In this document: piece after piece, positions 1-12,822 of the stretch | How the letters are laid out: the number at the start of each line of letters is the position of its first letter | Position numbering within the stretch: position 1 is the first letter of the stretch | From: Octopus sinensis | Lineage: Eukaryota | NCBI RefSeq assembly: GCF_006345805.1 | Contig: NC_043011.1 | Span: 19,728,464-19,792,463 of the forward strand | Direction: 5' to 3' | DNA: 64,000 nt | The notes under the pieces: model-generated | What the model was told of the DNA's origin: nothing | What the model saw: the letters and a program-made list of their open reading frames with translations, nothing else | Database searches by the model: none | Made by a program: the position numbers and the translations under genes

Positions 1-1566
1 ACAACTAAGCGGGGCAATTTCGTTTCTGCCTTCTTTCACTCAGCCTCCTCCAAGCTGAAGACAAGCGGGAATTGTCACGTCCAGGAAGCCGTAGATGCGG
101 TCAAGGAAGTTTTTATAATCAGAGAAATATTGGGACGCATTGAAGCCAATAATTAGGGGCTGGTCGTAATAAGAATTATATGGCGGTCAGAGATCAGTGG
201 AAAGATGAGAGTTCTAATTTTACAGTAGTTGAAAAGGAAGAGGATGCCATAAGAATCCGGAAGGCAAACAGCAGAGCTAACAGGGCCAGTGGCATTGGAG
301 TCTTCTAATGGTGCAGATGACTGGGAGTGCTCATCAGGCCTCCCAGTATCACCAAAACAATCAGAAATCATCCTGGAAGAGTGGCCTGACGCTGTATATC
401 GTTTTCCTTTCCATTTCATCAGAGCAAATGCTTTCGATGGAACTCAACGAGCCCCTTGAAAGTAGAATGGAAGCACGGATATTCAAGACTGAAATATACA
501 ACAGTCTGGCCATAAACCTGAAGGAAGTTAACATGTGAGTCAAGTTTCTTGCCAGAGAGATTGAAGTCAGAAGATTCTTGGGCAAATCGGCTTACGATTG
601 AGTCAACTCTCAGTTTCTGGGAAGATCAGGACCAAAGCACTAAATATGATATCAAAGACAGTGGAGAGGTGCTCCACCTGGATCTTGTTGAGGAGAAACA
701 AGAACGAATTCCAAACCGTTTAAAGACAATATATATTTTCTAAATGCTAATGGAAGTAACTTTGAGTGAGTCTTTGTGATAGTCTTCACGTTTCACCACT
801 ATTATGATAACCAAAGTTATACTACTTTAAGTATAAGTTTGGAAGTTGAGTCAACGGAGAGCAAATGCAATTAGATGAATCCTACAAATGGTTTAAATGA
901 ACTGACTAAAATACCCAAGTGTCTGATACCGAGGTGGCTAAAATACCCCAAATCATGACCTAGATGCGGCTCGATCCACTGACAGTATGAGATGATAATG
1001 GTTAAAACACGTGTCTGGGGGATGCTCTCCTCTGAAGACCCACTTCTATTCAGATTTCTTGACGCTGTATGATACAAATTGTACATGGAAACTTACATTG
1101 ACATCATAGTCTACTCTCCGAATTTCCTGCAAAAAATTGATGACAACACACAGGAGATGTATACATTAGAGAGCAGAAGGCTAAAATAAGCACTTGCAGA
1201 ATATTGACTACTCAAAAACGACAACAAACGCTTACTACTAATGCATAACTTTAATGGTCTAATTACGGTGGCAATAATTATCCCATATATACATCCGTAT
1301 GTGTATGTACGTGTGTTTCGCTGGACATGTGAATATATGTTCGTTTCGTACGTTTGTAGTCAAACAGTAATTAACTGGCTCGATCATTGGAATACGATAA
1401 TATATCGGCATCAGTGATGTAACATAGCTGATATATCGGCGTAAAGCTTCGGAACTACGGCCTTATCATTGCTGCAGTTTAGTAAAGTAACTAAAACAAA
1501 TATATTACGAACTAATTTCAATAAAAATAAGAACAAACCTTGTCCACATATACAAAATATACATAT

Positions 1567-1794
1567 TTACTACCCACAAAGGGGCTAAACCAAGAGGAGA
1601 CATACAAGGACAGACAAACGGATTTAGTCGATTATATCTATCCCAGTACGTAACTGGTACTTAATTTATTGACCTCGAAAGGATGAAAGGCAAAGTTGAC
1701 CTCAGCGGAATTTGAACTCAGAACGTAACGGTAGACGAAATACGGCTACGCATTTTGCCCGGCGTGCTAACGTTTCTGCCAGCTCGCCGCCTTA
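1567..1794 (-). mobile_element. tRNA-derived SINE (family B in this report) with 19-bp target-site duplication
   Basis: Minus strand reads GGCGGCGAGCTGGCAGAAACGTTAGCACGCCGGG...GAGTTCAAATTCCG (A/B-box-like). Identical flanks ATATACAAAATATACATAT at 1548-1566 and 1795-1813. Confidence 0.9.
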
Positions 1795-2318
1795 ATATAC
1801 AAAATATACATATCACTAACCGGTGACGTTACGAACGGTGAGATTGTCAACATATCTTTATCACAAACATCATCAACAACAGCACGTTCTACTGTCACAC
1901 TGACAGTTCCATCATCTCGACAAATATTTTCACTAACAACGATATATCAATCAAGTCACTTAGTGTCGAGGTTCAATTCAACGGGTAATAAAAACAAAAA
2001 AAAAATGTCAAGACAGAATTTTGTTTGCTTGTTGGCTTTTAAAAATTCTATCGAGACATTTCTCATACTTTTAGTATATGAGGTGCAGCTACGGTTTTTT
2101 TATTTGATGCCAATATAAACAGGTTGCAAGTATGTATACATAATGCATTTTCTTGACAATAAACAGGTTGATTTAGATACACTATTTTGTATTCTGCTTT
2201 ACATTACTTTATTTCATTCTATTTTTTCACATACTTTTCTTTTCTAGATATCGATTTTGATCATAGATGCCTATACGCGTGCCTGACGTCAGTAAAACAC
2301 ACATACACATACGTCCAT

Positions 2319-2322
2319 AAAG

Positions 2323-2400
<78 letters not shown>

Positions 2401-2540
2401 TGTGTGTGTGTGTGTGTGTGTGCATGCGTTGTGTATATGTATATATTGATAGATAGATAGACACACATATATGCACGTATGCACTTACTCATACATGTGT
2501 GTGTTTGTGTGTGTGTGTTGTGTGTGTGTGTGTGTAAATA
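2319..2540. repeat. Compound (CA)n-(TA)n-(TG)n microsatellite
   Basis: Directly visible; source of the [11 protein letters not shown] ORFs. Confidence 0.95.
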
Positions 2541-5100
2541 CAAGTATATATGTGTTTACATTTGCTTTCTTTCCACACAATAGTTTTTTTTCTAAATTGC
2601 TCTACAGTCTTTCAGTGAATACGCGCAGCATAGAACAAGGTCAAATTAGTATATTTCTTGTCTATTTTCTATTTATTCTCGAGATGTTCGTGTCACCAAG
2701 TGCATATAATTCTCTTATGGCTATAAACATTTTTTTCATACACGGTTTCTAAAACAACACCTCCCATAGATTATTGATATCTTTTTTTATATTTGAACAC
2801 CTTATTTCAATCTGTCTTGATCATTTAAAATTATTTTTCTTTTGTTTTATGATTATTACTCTTACTGGGTGAGAAAGCAGCGCATGCCATCACAGTGACA
2901 CTGCGGTACAGATATACGAATCCCAATATGCTCGTCAGCATTATCCGTCCGATAAATATACACCAGACACATGGTTCACATCCATATGTGCGTGACTTGC
3001 TGACACATATCAAGATAAACAGTGAATGATCTTGCAGATTGGACTCAGAGATTTTTGCAGGTTGTGCAACCCATTCTGTACAAAAAGCTACTGAACTAAA
3101 TAAGGGCTGTTTAAGGCTGATGCATGAAACACCTATGTTTCCACTGTGAATTATTCAGACTTCAAGTAATCCTACCCAGTACAAGACTATGATACTCCCG
3201 CATTGCTCCTGCTCGTAATTAGAAATATGCATATCGTCAGCCACTACGAGGCATTCTCAAATGGTTAAAGCCAAACAAGTGACAAGCGTATCTGTGGTAT
3301 TGGGCAGAACATTCACAATATACGACCTCCTTTTGGGTATTCATGCTTTTTTCCCCCAAGTTGTCGCTTTTTTTGACGTAGAGCAATAGCTTGCTTTTAT
3401 TCACTGCCTATCATTGCAAAATAACGGTTTACTGGGTGGGAGATCCCCAACACCCCGTGCATAACGTTAGTCATTTGTTGTTACGAGTGGGTACCGTAAA
3501 GAAACCGGAATTTTGCAATGTTATTCTATTCACTTAGTTTCACATGTTTACAATTTCATCGCCTTCGACTATTCTCCATTTGAAGCAATGCATTCGTCCG
3601 GTGTGTTTTCCAATATTTTGAGGCAGAGATGGAACACTTGCAAAGTGATGCTGTTTAATGCATTTCTTTTTATTTCTGAACCTCCTCCACATCTGCAAAT
3701 TCTGTAGCGCTAGCTTTCTTCACATATGACGACCTTCGTAAGAAAGCCCGAATCAACTTCCAACTGTTCTTTCACTTCATGACGCGCATTCACTCGTAAC
3801 TACTTTTGATCTTCCGTGAGCAAGGGAGTCACACATTTTGTCGTAATCCTTTTCATTCGCAATTCCTCGCTCCAAATTCATTGGCAAGAGATCCAAAACA
3901 CATCAGTCATATCAACAAGTTCGTCAATTGTTTAGTGATCGTTCCCTAAGATTAGTTCATGAATTTTCGTCCTATTTTGAATAGTTCGGGCGTTTGACAG
4001 TCGCGCTGGACGAGATTGGTCGTAAAGAGACATGTGACTATTCCTAAAGCGTGGAAACCACTCATATACTTGTGTTTTGTTAATGGTAGCCTACTTGTAA
4101 GATGTGTGAAATATGGCAACTGTCTCGATCGCCGTTTTCCCCAGACCACCAATTTCTGATGACTGTTTTCAGTCATCAGAAATTAGTTTTTCAAAGACAA
4201 ATTTCATCCCCTTAAAATCAATAAAATCAAGAACCGATGTCGATATAATCGACTGATCTCTTCCATCATAATTTCTAACTTTGTGGTTATGCTAAAAACA
4301 ATTGATATCATTAATTCTGTCTACATTATCTTTAGTACATCGTTACTCTTCATAACATTTGTTTTTACCACTATCGCATATTGCGTTTTTAGTTCTCACA
4401 CACAACAACATAGCAGCCTTAATAAACATCTGCTGAGTAATTTCAAATTCGCTAAATACAAATCATAAATCATTTCTAATGCGTATTACTTGTAGGAGTA
4501 TTTAATTATTAAATATTAAGCTAAATGTGATATTGCAAGAGCAAGTGTTTTAGAATTGTATTTCGTAACTTTCTAACGTGTTAATGCAATATAAAATTTC
4601 ATGAGAGATATTTCATCAACGAGATTATATGATATGAATCATGTATGGAATCGCAGCTGGACAAACATGTTATAATTCAAAATCTCGATGATTTGTATTA
4701 CCTACAGAGTCGTTAATATAAACTACCTCTTCATTGTACAAGGTGAATATATTTAAATGAATCGTGGAATAATTTGGATTTATAATTCATACATACACGA
4801 AATATAATTTACAGATATTTAGTTATATTGTCGAATAAAAGTATTTAAACTGAGTCTACATGCCCACTTACTTTCTAGAAATAACAAAATCCTATCTCAA
4901 ACTATGTTCTACTCTCTTTTCAAATGATACATCATATAATGTGTTAACAGTACAACTGGAAAAATTTTAACGTTAAGATGATCATACTTAGAAAGCCTGC
5001 AGGTTATTCTATCGCCGAAAAATTATCGAGTACCTGAGATGTAATGCTTCAAGAAAATCTGAAAATTAATCATTGTTTAAGTAACTATTATGATACCGTA

Positions 5101-5237
5101 ACTGGCTCGCTATCTCCAGTGAACTGGCGCAGGACCGTCGTGCGTGGGCTGCCATGGTTCGAGATGCCTCGAGGGTGGTAGGAAAAGCCGACTCAACCCG
5201 CCCAGGGTGAATGTCACCAAAAGTACAAGTACCAGTA
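5101..5237 (+). mobile_element. 5'-truncated RTE-clade LINE 3' stub
   Basis: Translates LAISSELAQDRRAWAAMVRDASRVVGKADSTRPG*, resembling RTE C-termini, then an AAGTACAAGTACCAGTA tail. Flanks CTATTATGATA (5085-5095) and CTATTAAGATA (5239-5249) look like a TSD. Confidence 0.75.
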
Positions 5238-5739
5238 TCTATTAAGATATGTATTTTTAGGGATATTGCCTAAGAAATGAATGGTATTTGGCGGAATGTC
5301 TTCCCTTACATATTCTAGTACTTGTGAACTGTAAATGATATCTGTATAAGCCAATTATGTATAGGGCATTAATCTACAGTTGGCTGCCCTACATAGAAAA
5401 CAGTGGCAAATTTCGAGATACATGGGAATAAAATGATAATTACAATATGGAAGGAAACATAAATATTTGTTACTGCTTCAGTTCATTGGCAATCTATGTA
5501 CACATCCCTTGTCCTTTTAGAGCCCAACTAATAAGATACACACTCCGCCTGGTAAATATGTTGCGCTGAAAATGTTATTCACGGAAATTTTATACCAATG
5601 AGGCAGAGATATGTCGGCAATAACATTGTAAAATATGTCCCATCTAATTTTGCAATGGACCGTCACTAAAATTTCAAAATTTATCTCTTACTTTCATGCT
5701 TAATGTCAACCATTCTTTTTCACAAAACAATTTTGCGGC

Positions 5740-5874
5740 GTCTTAACGGCAAATGTTTATTACGAGCAAAACGCCCCACTTCCAAGTGGGTGTTGAGTTG
5801 TCAAACATTTAAACCAAATTTTCTCAAAACAACTTGTCCGACCGTCCCATAGGCCTCCCCTTTGGGAAACACTG
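5740..5874. mobile_element. Single end of a hAT-like non-autonomous DNA transposon
   Basis: Ends in TTTGGGAAACACTG (reverse complement CAGTGTTTCCCAAA), a hAT/Charlie-type terminus. No partner end was found and the left boundary is a guess. Confidence 0.45.
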
Positions 5875-6730
5875 ACTTAACCTAAATTTGAGACACTGTG
5901 CATATTTGGTCACTTACACGTAGTATCGATCGCAACAGCTGGCGTACTTGCGCGTACAAATGCACGTTCCCACGGCTTTATCGATCGCATTCTCACCTGG
6001 AATCGATTTTTGTAATTTTTTTCAATACTTATACACACCCTGATACCGTCGGTATCTACATATGAAATTTGAGCGCAATCGAATGGTGTATGTCATAGAT
6101 CCTAGAAGATACACACCCAGATAGACAGAATGGATTATATAATAGATTATTTTTTTGTTTTTTTTTTCATTTTTTTTTTGCTGTGAACCTCCAATACAGG
6201 AGCCAATGCTTTTGTGCAACCTATATACATTTCCCTTTCTTTTACTAGTACCGTATTGCCCTCATATACGCATACAAGCGCACGCAAGCTAACACACATA
6301 CTTACCTACACACAAATATGTATTTATGGATCTACGTACATATTTATTTATTATAATTTGGAGGCATTCATCATATGCGTGCTAGAGCGTAATCTAACAC
6401 AGAGTTGTCGTTTATAAAACGATGAGAACAACTTTATTTGCTGCGTTTGAGGTTTTGCACAACCCAATCTCCTTCCTTGCTTTCGGAATAGGTATTAGAA
6501 TGCGGTTATATCGTGACCTAAGCAACTATGCGCAACAAAGCTATTCTTAAATCAACTTCACAATACATCATCTTATCTCCCTGATCCCGGATTTAAATAA
6601 CACCGGATATCATCTCTGACTAACTTGCCCCATTTTAGTCCATTTCTAAAGTCTCAAATCTCACTCAATTTTTTAGCCTTCATGTCTAGGCTACATTGAT
6701 GACTATAAATTCGTAGTTGAAAGCTGGTTT

Positions 6731-6793
6731 CTGGACCGATCATTTCTATAGCTGGACCAATCATTTCTATAGCTCGCCAATCATTTAAATAGC
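6731..6793. repeat. 21-bp minisatellite, about 3 copies
   Basis: CTGGACCGATCATTTCTATAG / CTGGACCAATCATTTCTATAG / CTCGCCAATCATTTAAATAG. Confidence 0.85.
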
Positions 6794-7046
6794 TTATATA
6801 AAAAAACACTTCCCGTTACTGTAGTTCTTGTTTCCCTCCTTCCAAAGCAACGTTCATATCGTTACCAATCTCTTCGAGTTATCTTTTGGTAAAACATTTC
6901 TCTAAGAATGTGAGAAAGAACGTTAGACAACGTCACCTGCGTGACTTTTGAACATAGAAAACCAGAGACCCGTAACTATTACTGTAAAGCCAATTTATTC
7001 CATGCTCAGCCTCAACGTAATCTATCACGTCACCTCAATGCATATA

Positions 7047-7217
7047 GTAGTAGTATAAGTAGTATTAGTATTAGTATTAGTAGTAGTAGTAGTAGTAGTA
7101 GTAGTTCGACCGTGGTCGAGACAATGGAATTTACTATGCTACGCCAGACTTCACGGTCTATCATAGCATTACGTAGGTAATAGTATTAGTAGTAGTAGTA
7201 GTAGTATCATTACGGAG

Positions 7218-7263
<46 letters not shown>

Positions 7264-7268
7264 CAGTG

Positions 7269-7327
<59 letters not shown>
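7047..7327. repeat. Interrupted (TAG)n microsatellite
   Basis: Directly visible; source of the poly-S and poly-Y ORFs. Confidence 0.95.
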
Positions 7328-8082
7328 TAATGAATATAATGCGATTCACTAGGCTTCATATCGAAAGGAGTCGACAGTTGAGCAACGAAATTGATCCTGC
7401 ATCGAACCGTTCTTTACGTTACATCAGCTAGCTTTATGTTTATGGAAACTGTCATCAATAAAATTTACCTAACGCGTATGAAATTTTGTTCTCTTTATTT
7501 ACTAAGAAGAATAGTCTCTCACCACCAGCAATATATTTTCGTGTTAGTTTCTCACATTTGTAACAAACAAAAATGATTACGTAAGACAGGAATGTCATAG
7601 GCTATGCTGGATATTACAGGCCTATTTTATATTTATTCACAAGAGATAAAAGAAATATATTATTTACCGTCAAAACTATCAGTAGCTTTCTCCATTCTCT
7701 CCTGGTTCGATTACTGTATAATTTTCTAGAATTCAACACATGCAACCAATGCCAACGATTCTCGAACTAAGCTAAAGAAAAATAAACTGTAAGAGCTTGC
7801 TTTAATAAATACACTACGTGCAAAGCATACAAACTTTGCACCCAATAAGACATACAGTACAATACGCTTATGATCGAAAATACGACATATATTTCAAGAA
7901 AAATCTTCCTTGCAGCTCAGAATTAAGTTCAAAATGTTTGGATGGTGTGTAAGACAATTTAAAATTATAATACATTTATGGAGTTAATTTGAAATATGCA
8001 TTCAATTCGTCGAAAACCAAACAACTAAACTACTAAACTACTAATTTATTTAACATATAGGTGCATAAATACAGACATGCTT

Positions 8083-8083
8083 G

Positions 8084-8118
<35 letters not shown>

Positions 8119-8122
8119 TATA

Positions 8123-8173
<51 letters not shown>

Positions 8174-8250
8174 CATGTGTATGTATGTATATATATATAT
8201 ATACACACATACGCACACATACACACACATACACACATGCACATATATAT
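8083..8250. repeat. (TA)n-(CA)n microsatellite
   Basis: Directly visible. Confidence 0.95.
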
Positions 8251-8869
8251 AGTAATTTAATCCATTCTTATTTACCAGCATCAGTAGGTTGACAGTGCTA
8301 TACATATATAAGCATGTGAGAATATGAATGTGTAGTTATATATTTATATAAATTATACACATGCATTTATTAAAGCGAAATTCTGTCTGTCCATCCGCCC
8401 AGAGACCTGTATCGCAGTCGATATTGCTCTACATACGCATTTTATAACTTTTTGGAGTCAGGATGATCTGCCTTTCATTTGGTTCCTCAACACCCAACAC
8501 TGGGATGAAGACTGGATGAAGATTTGTTATATGCTAACAGTTGAGAATTCAAATTTTTAACGAACTCTAAACATTTGTGAACAGAAAAGTTTTCCATTTA
8601 AACTGAAATTTTAAAATGTGTGAACTTAAATAATTTGGGAATTTCAAAAATATTTTCAATTCAGTTCATTTAAAGCTAGATCCAAGCTAGAGGGAGAGCT
8701 TTCAAAATCTCTCAGAGTTAGTGAATTGAAGCGCTCCGAAGGAAATATTGAAGAACTCGAACTTTCGGCCCAAATCGGACTTTCAGTCCAAATCAGACTT
8801 CCGGCCAAATCAGACTTAGGGACGGATTCGACTTCCAGCCGGATTGGATTTGGAGATTTATATGCTTGA

Positions 8870-9610
8870 AGATTTCCAGCTGAGCTATTGGATCTGGGGA
8901 ATGGAAGAATTCAGCAAGGTATTAATAGAGACATCACTTTTCTAAATGACTGGGATTATCGTCACGACTGTAGAAGTTTTGGTTACCAACGTTTACGTAA
9001 TTACTTTCACGTAATTTCCAAGATCCTGATTGATTTTGTGAAAGAGCCATAATTGCACCAAATAATGAAACTGTCCAAGTTGACAATTGGAAACTTATGT
9101 AAACAATCAGTACTGAGGTGGGAAATTATTTCTCAGTTGATACTGTTGTTGACTTCAATTAGACTGGGAATTATTCTACTGGGTTTCTTAACTATTTGGA
9201 TCTGCATGGAATGCCTTTTTACAAACTGACATTGATCAAAACAAAAAGGGTTCCAAACCTGGTTTTGGGAAATCGGGATCCTTCAAAGCTACGCAAAGAA
9301 ACAAGACTCTCAGGCTAATGCATTCACATTTTTTGGAAGCATCAACCTTGACAGGAAAAGGAAAGGGAGGAAATGTGTTTATTCCAAGAATTCCACTGAT
9401 TCAATAGAAGAGACTTCAATTTCCAGCAAGAGTTAGTTTTGCAATGCCAATTAACAAGAATCAAGGAAAATCAGTCAAAATTATTGGACTTCTCATGAGC
9501 AGTGCTTTTCTCATGATCAACACTATGCTGGTTGTTCCAGAGTGTTGGAAATGGCAGCAATTTCTCCATACTCACACCACATGCTAAAACCAATAATGTT
9601 GCTTACCTGT
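8870..9610 (+). pseudogene. Helitron RepHel Pif1-like helicase C-terminal relic with frameshifts and stops
   Basis: Motifs in expected order: CERAIIAPNNE (9037), VFIPRIPLI (9375), RLQFPARVSFAMPINKNQGKS (9412), CFSHDQHYAGCSRV (about 9503), KTNNVAY (about 9587). These match the Helitron consensus R.QFP....AMTINKSQGQS and FSHGQLYVA.SRV. Confidence 0.88.
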
Positions 9611-9668
9611 TGTTTTACAGTGATCTCCTAATATCACAGTGATTCAGATTTTTCCAGCTGTGATACAT

Positions 9669-10062
9669 TCTTTTACTGGTTTCAGTCATTTGAGTGTGGC
9701 CATGCTGGAGCATCACCTTTAGTCGAGCAAATCGACTCCAAGACTTATTCTTTGTAAGCCTAGTACATATTCTATCGGTCTCTTTTACCGAACCGCTAAG
9801 TTACGTAGACGTAAACACACCAGCATCGGTTGTCAAGCGATGTTGGAGGGAGGACTCTTTTACTGGTTTCAGTCATTTGAGTGTGGCCATGCTGGAGCAT
9901 CACCTTTAGTCGAGCAAATCGACTCCAAGACTTATTCTTTGTAAGCCTAGTACATATTCTATCGGTCTCTTTTGCCGAACCGCTAAGTTACGGAGACGTA
10001 AACACACCAGCATCGGTTGTCAAGCGATGTTGGAGGGAGGACAAATACAGACACACAAACAT

Positions 10063-10123
<61 letters not shown>

Positions 10124-10293
10124 TATATACGACGGGTTACTTTCAGTTTCCGTCTACCAAATACATTCACAAGGTTTTGGTTCACTCGAGGCTATAGTAG
10201 AAGACACTTGCCCAAGTTGCCAGGCAGTGAAATTGAACTCGGAACCATGAGGTTGGTAAGCAAGGTACATACTACACAGCCACTCCTGCGCCT
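9669..10293 (-). mobile_element. SINE family A with internal microsatellite and tandemly duplicated 3' tail
   Basis: Head on the minus strand is AGGCGCAGGAGTGGCTGTGTAG...GAGTTCAATTTC. The 187-bp tail appears twice (9669-9855, 9856-10042). Confidence 0.9.
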
Positions 10294-10481
10294 ATTGTGA
10301 TATAAATCTGAGATAGTAGGGTACCCATAAAAGACTCATCACTAATTGTGTGTCGCACGCCATATTAGCCTACCGCAGGAGCCAGCCAGATGTCTGGAGT
10401 GAATCTTTTATGCCAGTACATTGATGTATGTTTGTGTGTGTGTGTGTGTTACGATATCTGGTAAACATTTTACATTGAATA

Positions 10482-10520
<39 letters not shown>

Positions 10521-10983
10521 TGTGTGTGTGTCTGCGTATATTATATATAATTATATAACGCCGGGTCATAGTGCTAGTGCCTGTATATACAGCTGCGTGC
10601 GCACATACACGCGAGTACTGTCCAAATCTCCGACCAATCACATACAACTAGCTGGTATTCAACTGGCGTATCAACTTTCGGACATTTTGATTGCGTTTTG
10701 GATAGAAAATTCACAAAAAAGTTACTTCTATTGATTTTGTAATGGCTTTGCGGGGTGACTGGGGAAATGTAAAGATGTGAACGACCACCCTTGGACGGTT
10801 TTGAATAACCATAGAAAGTGCGAGCCCTCTAACTGAACAATTGTGGATTTGTATAAAGGATACACACACAGATATTTTGCCGTTTATATATAGCGAGATT
10901 CTGTTTTACATCGTGTCCTGTAAGTAAAATAACATTACATTAACATAAAACTAGAAATACATTTATATAGAAAGGAAAGCCAA

Positions 10984-11068
10984 ATTTGCTCGACTAAAGG
11001 CGGTGCTCCAGCATGGCCGCAGTCAAATGACTGAAACAAGTAAAAGAGTAAAAGAGAGAGTAAAGAGA
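10984..11068 (+). mobile_element. Orphan 3' tail of SINE family A
   Basis: GCTCGACTAAAGGCGGTGCTCCAGCATGGCCGCAGTCAAATGACTGAAACAAGTAAAAGAG, the same tail as in the full copies. Confidence 0.9.
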
Positions 11069-12002
11069 CCAGTGGATGTAGGAAAGAATCATAAAGTTCC
11101 TTACTAGAATCTTGGTGCTTGTAATTTGCTATGTATTTGATTTAAGCATGTTCTGATAGCTTTCGATTATTATTGTTTATTTTATATTTTGCAGTTACCA
11201 TTTCAACCTGTTACTTTCAGATATGTCTTAAATGTATCTACAAGCATCTTGGTTATTAATGCCACTTGTCCATTCTGCATGTGTGCTAACTTGTACGAAG
11301 TGAAATATCTTAAATGTGTTATTTACTTGAAATTGAATAATTCATTACATACGTATTGAATGTAGAGTACAAGATAGTATACTTAAATCTTATAATTAGT
11401 ATAATCTTATAATGGCCTAATCATGTAATAATCGTATAATTAATATCTAAAAGTTAATTTGCATAATTAGATCGAAGAAGCTCTGACCTCTGTAGGTAAC
11501 CTGAAAAGTATATGATTCGAAATATATGAATTTATCAACATCGAATAACATAATCTTAAGTCATATTTGCCGATACGCTGATATATATTCTAGGATGAAG
11601 GAAAGAAAATGCAACTAACTTTTATTCAGTATCAAATAAAATTAAATTAAAACAAAGTAAACGAACTCAAAATGAGCAATGACTTAATTTCAGATAATTA
11701 AGATGAAGTGTAATTTACTTTTTTTTTATCTTTTACTTGGTCTTCGGCTATATTGCTGCACCGCCTTGAAGGGCTTAGTCCAACCCATTACTTCTTTTAA
11801 GTATACTACTTATTCTGTCACTCTTTATTGATTACCATACAACAAGAAAGTGAAACATCATCCTTAATTGAAACCGATAAAAGGAAGCGTAGCGACAATT
11901 TCTAATGGTTCTCGATATAGATGAGAGATACTTTCACTAAATTGGAAATTAATCTCTCAAACTTAATTTGCATATTAATAGAAGTGAAATAAGATTTTGC
12001 AG

Positions 12003-12137
12003 GAATGCATATTTACACATAGTTATAGCAGCATTACATATTTCTCATACATATTTTGGTTATTACTTCGACAAGAACGTGAAGAATATATGCTGTGGAT
12101 GAGATCACAATACAGAAATATATTCGGAGTTGCATTA
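12003..12137 (+). CDS. Candidate internal exon of an unidentified gene
   Basis: TTTTGCAG acceptor, GTAAGT donor, 135 nt open in phase 0 (ECIFTHSYSSITYFSYIFWLLLRQEREEYMLWMRSQYRNIFGVAL). No homology recognised. Confidence 0.25.
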
Positions 12138-12655
12138 GTAAGTGTTGCATTGATATTGTTATTTTTCCGAAATATTCGAATTTTCTGATTATCTTTCTCG
12201 CCGATGACAGCATTAATTTGGTTAAAACTAAGACTTAAAAGATGTTTTGATGAAGGAATGGGTTTTCAATTATATCAGTAATTTAAATTCCTTTAGTGTA
12301 GTCATTTGAATTAATTGAATATTTTGATGCCCTTCAAAATTAAGAAATGGTATAACAGTTTGAGACTCTTCATAACTTTTATTATATAACATACCAATAA
12401 CGTCTTTGATGAGTAACGATTCATATGTTGTAACTGCACAATATGTAGAGCTTCAATTGTTGTATTTCTTTCAATATCAGATAAACGTCATCGAATCTAT
12501 TCTGGAAACTTCCACTGAGTAGATTCGCTTCTGAATCGTTGATTATGAATTCTAAATAGTTTAGAAAAGCTTGAAAGTCATATTTAGTTTCCCTTTAATG
12601 GCTAACATGAAACTTCGGATATCAAATTAAAATTAATATTATCATCCATTTTTAT

Positions 12656-12822
12656 GACAGCGAGCTGGCAGTGTCGTTAGCGCGTCGGGAGAAAGGCTTC
12701 GCTGCATTTCTTCCAAACTAACGTTCAGAATTCAAATCCGGCGAGGTCGACCTTGCATTTCATTCTTTTGTGGTTGATAAAATAAATACCATTTAGGCAC
12801 AAGGTCGATATAACTGACTTAC
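12656..12822 (+). mobile_element. Degenerate SINE family B
   Basis: GCGAGCTGGCAGTGTCGTTAGCGCGTCGGG...GAATTCAAATCCGGCGAGGTCGACCTTGCATTTCAT aligns by eye with 1567-1794. Confidence 0.8.

Larger units (their letters stand above)
8360..10577 (+). mobile_element. Putative internally deleted Helitron with a nested SINE
   Basis: Helicase relic, 17-18-bp internal tandem repeats (8761-8855), and a Helitron-like 3' end ACGCCGGGTCATAGTGCTAG|T (CTAG at 10574-10577) with only half of the hairpin left. The 5' end, and whether this 3' end belongs to the same element, are uncertain. Confidence 0.5.

Noticed and set aside
2187-2752. ORFs rich in [12 protein letters not shown] and HTHTHT (also at 8, 10, 20-22, 25-26, 39, 48 and 58 kb)
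   Set aside because: They are translations of stop-free dinucleotide microsatellites, not proteins.
8761-8855. CRISPR-like array
   Set aside because: The 17-18-bp units are contiguous with no unique spacers, there are no cas genes and the context is eukaryotic.
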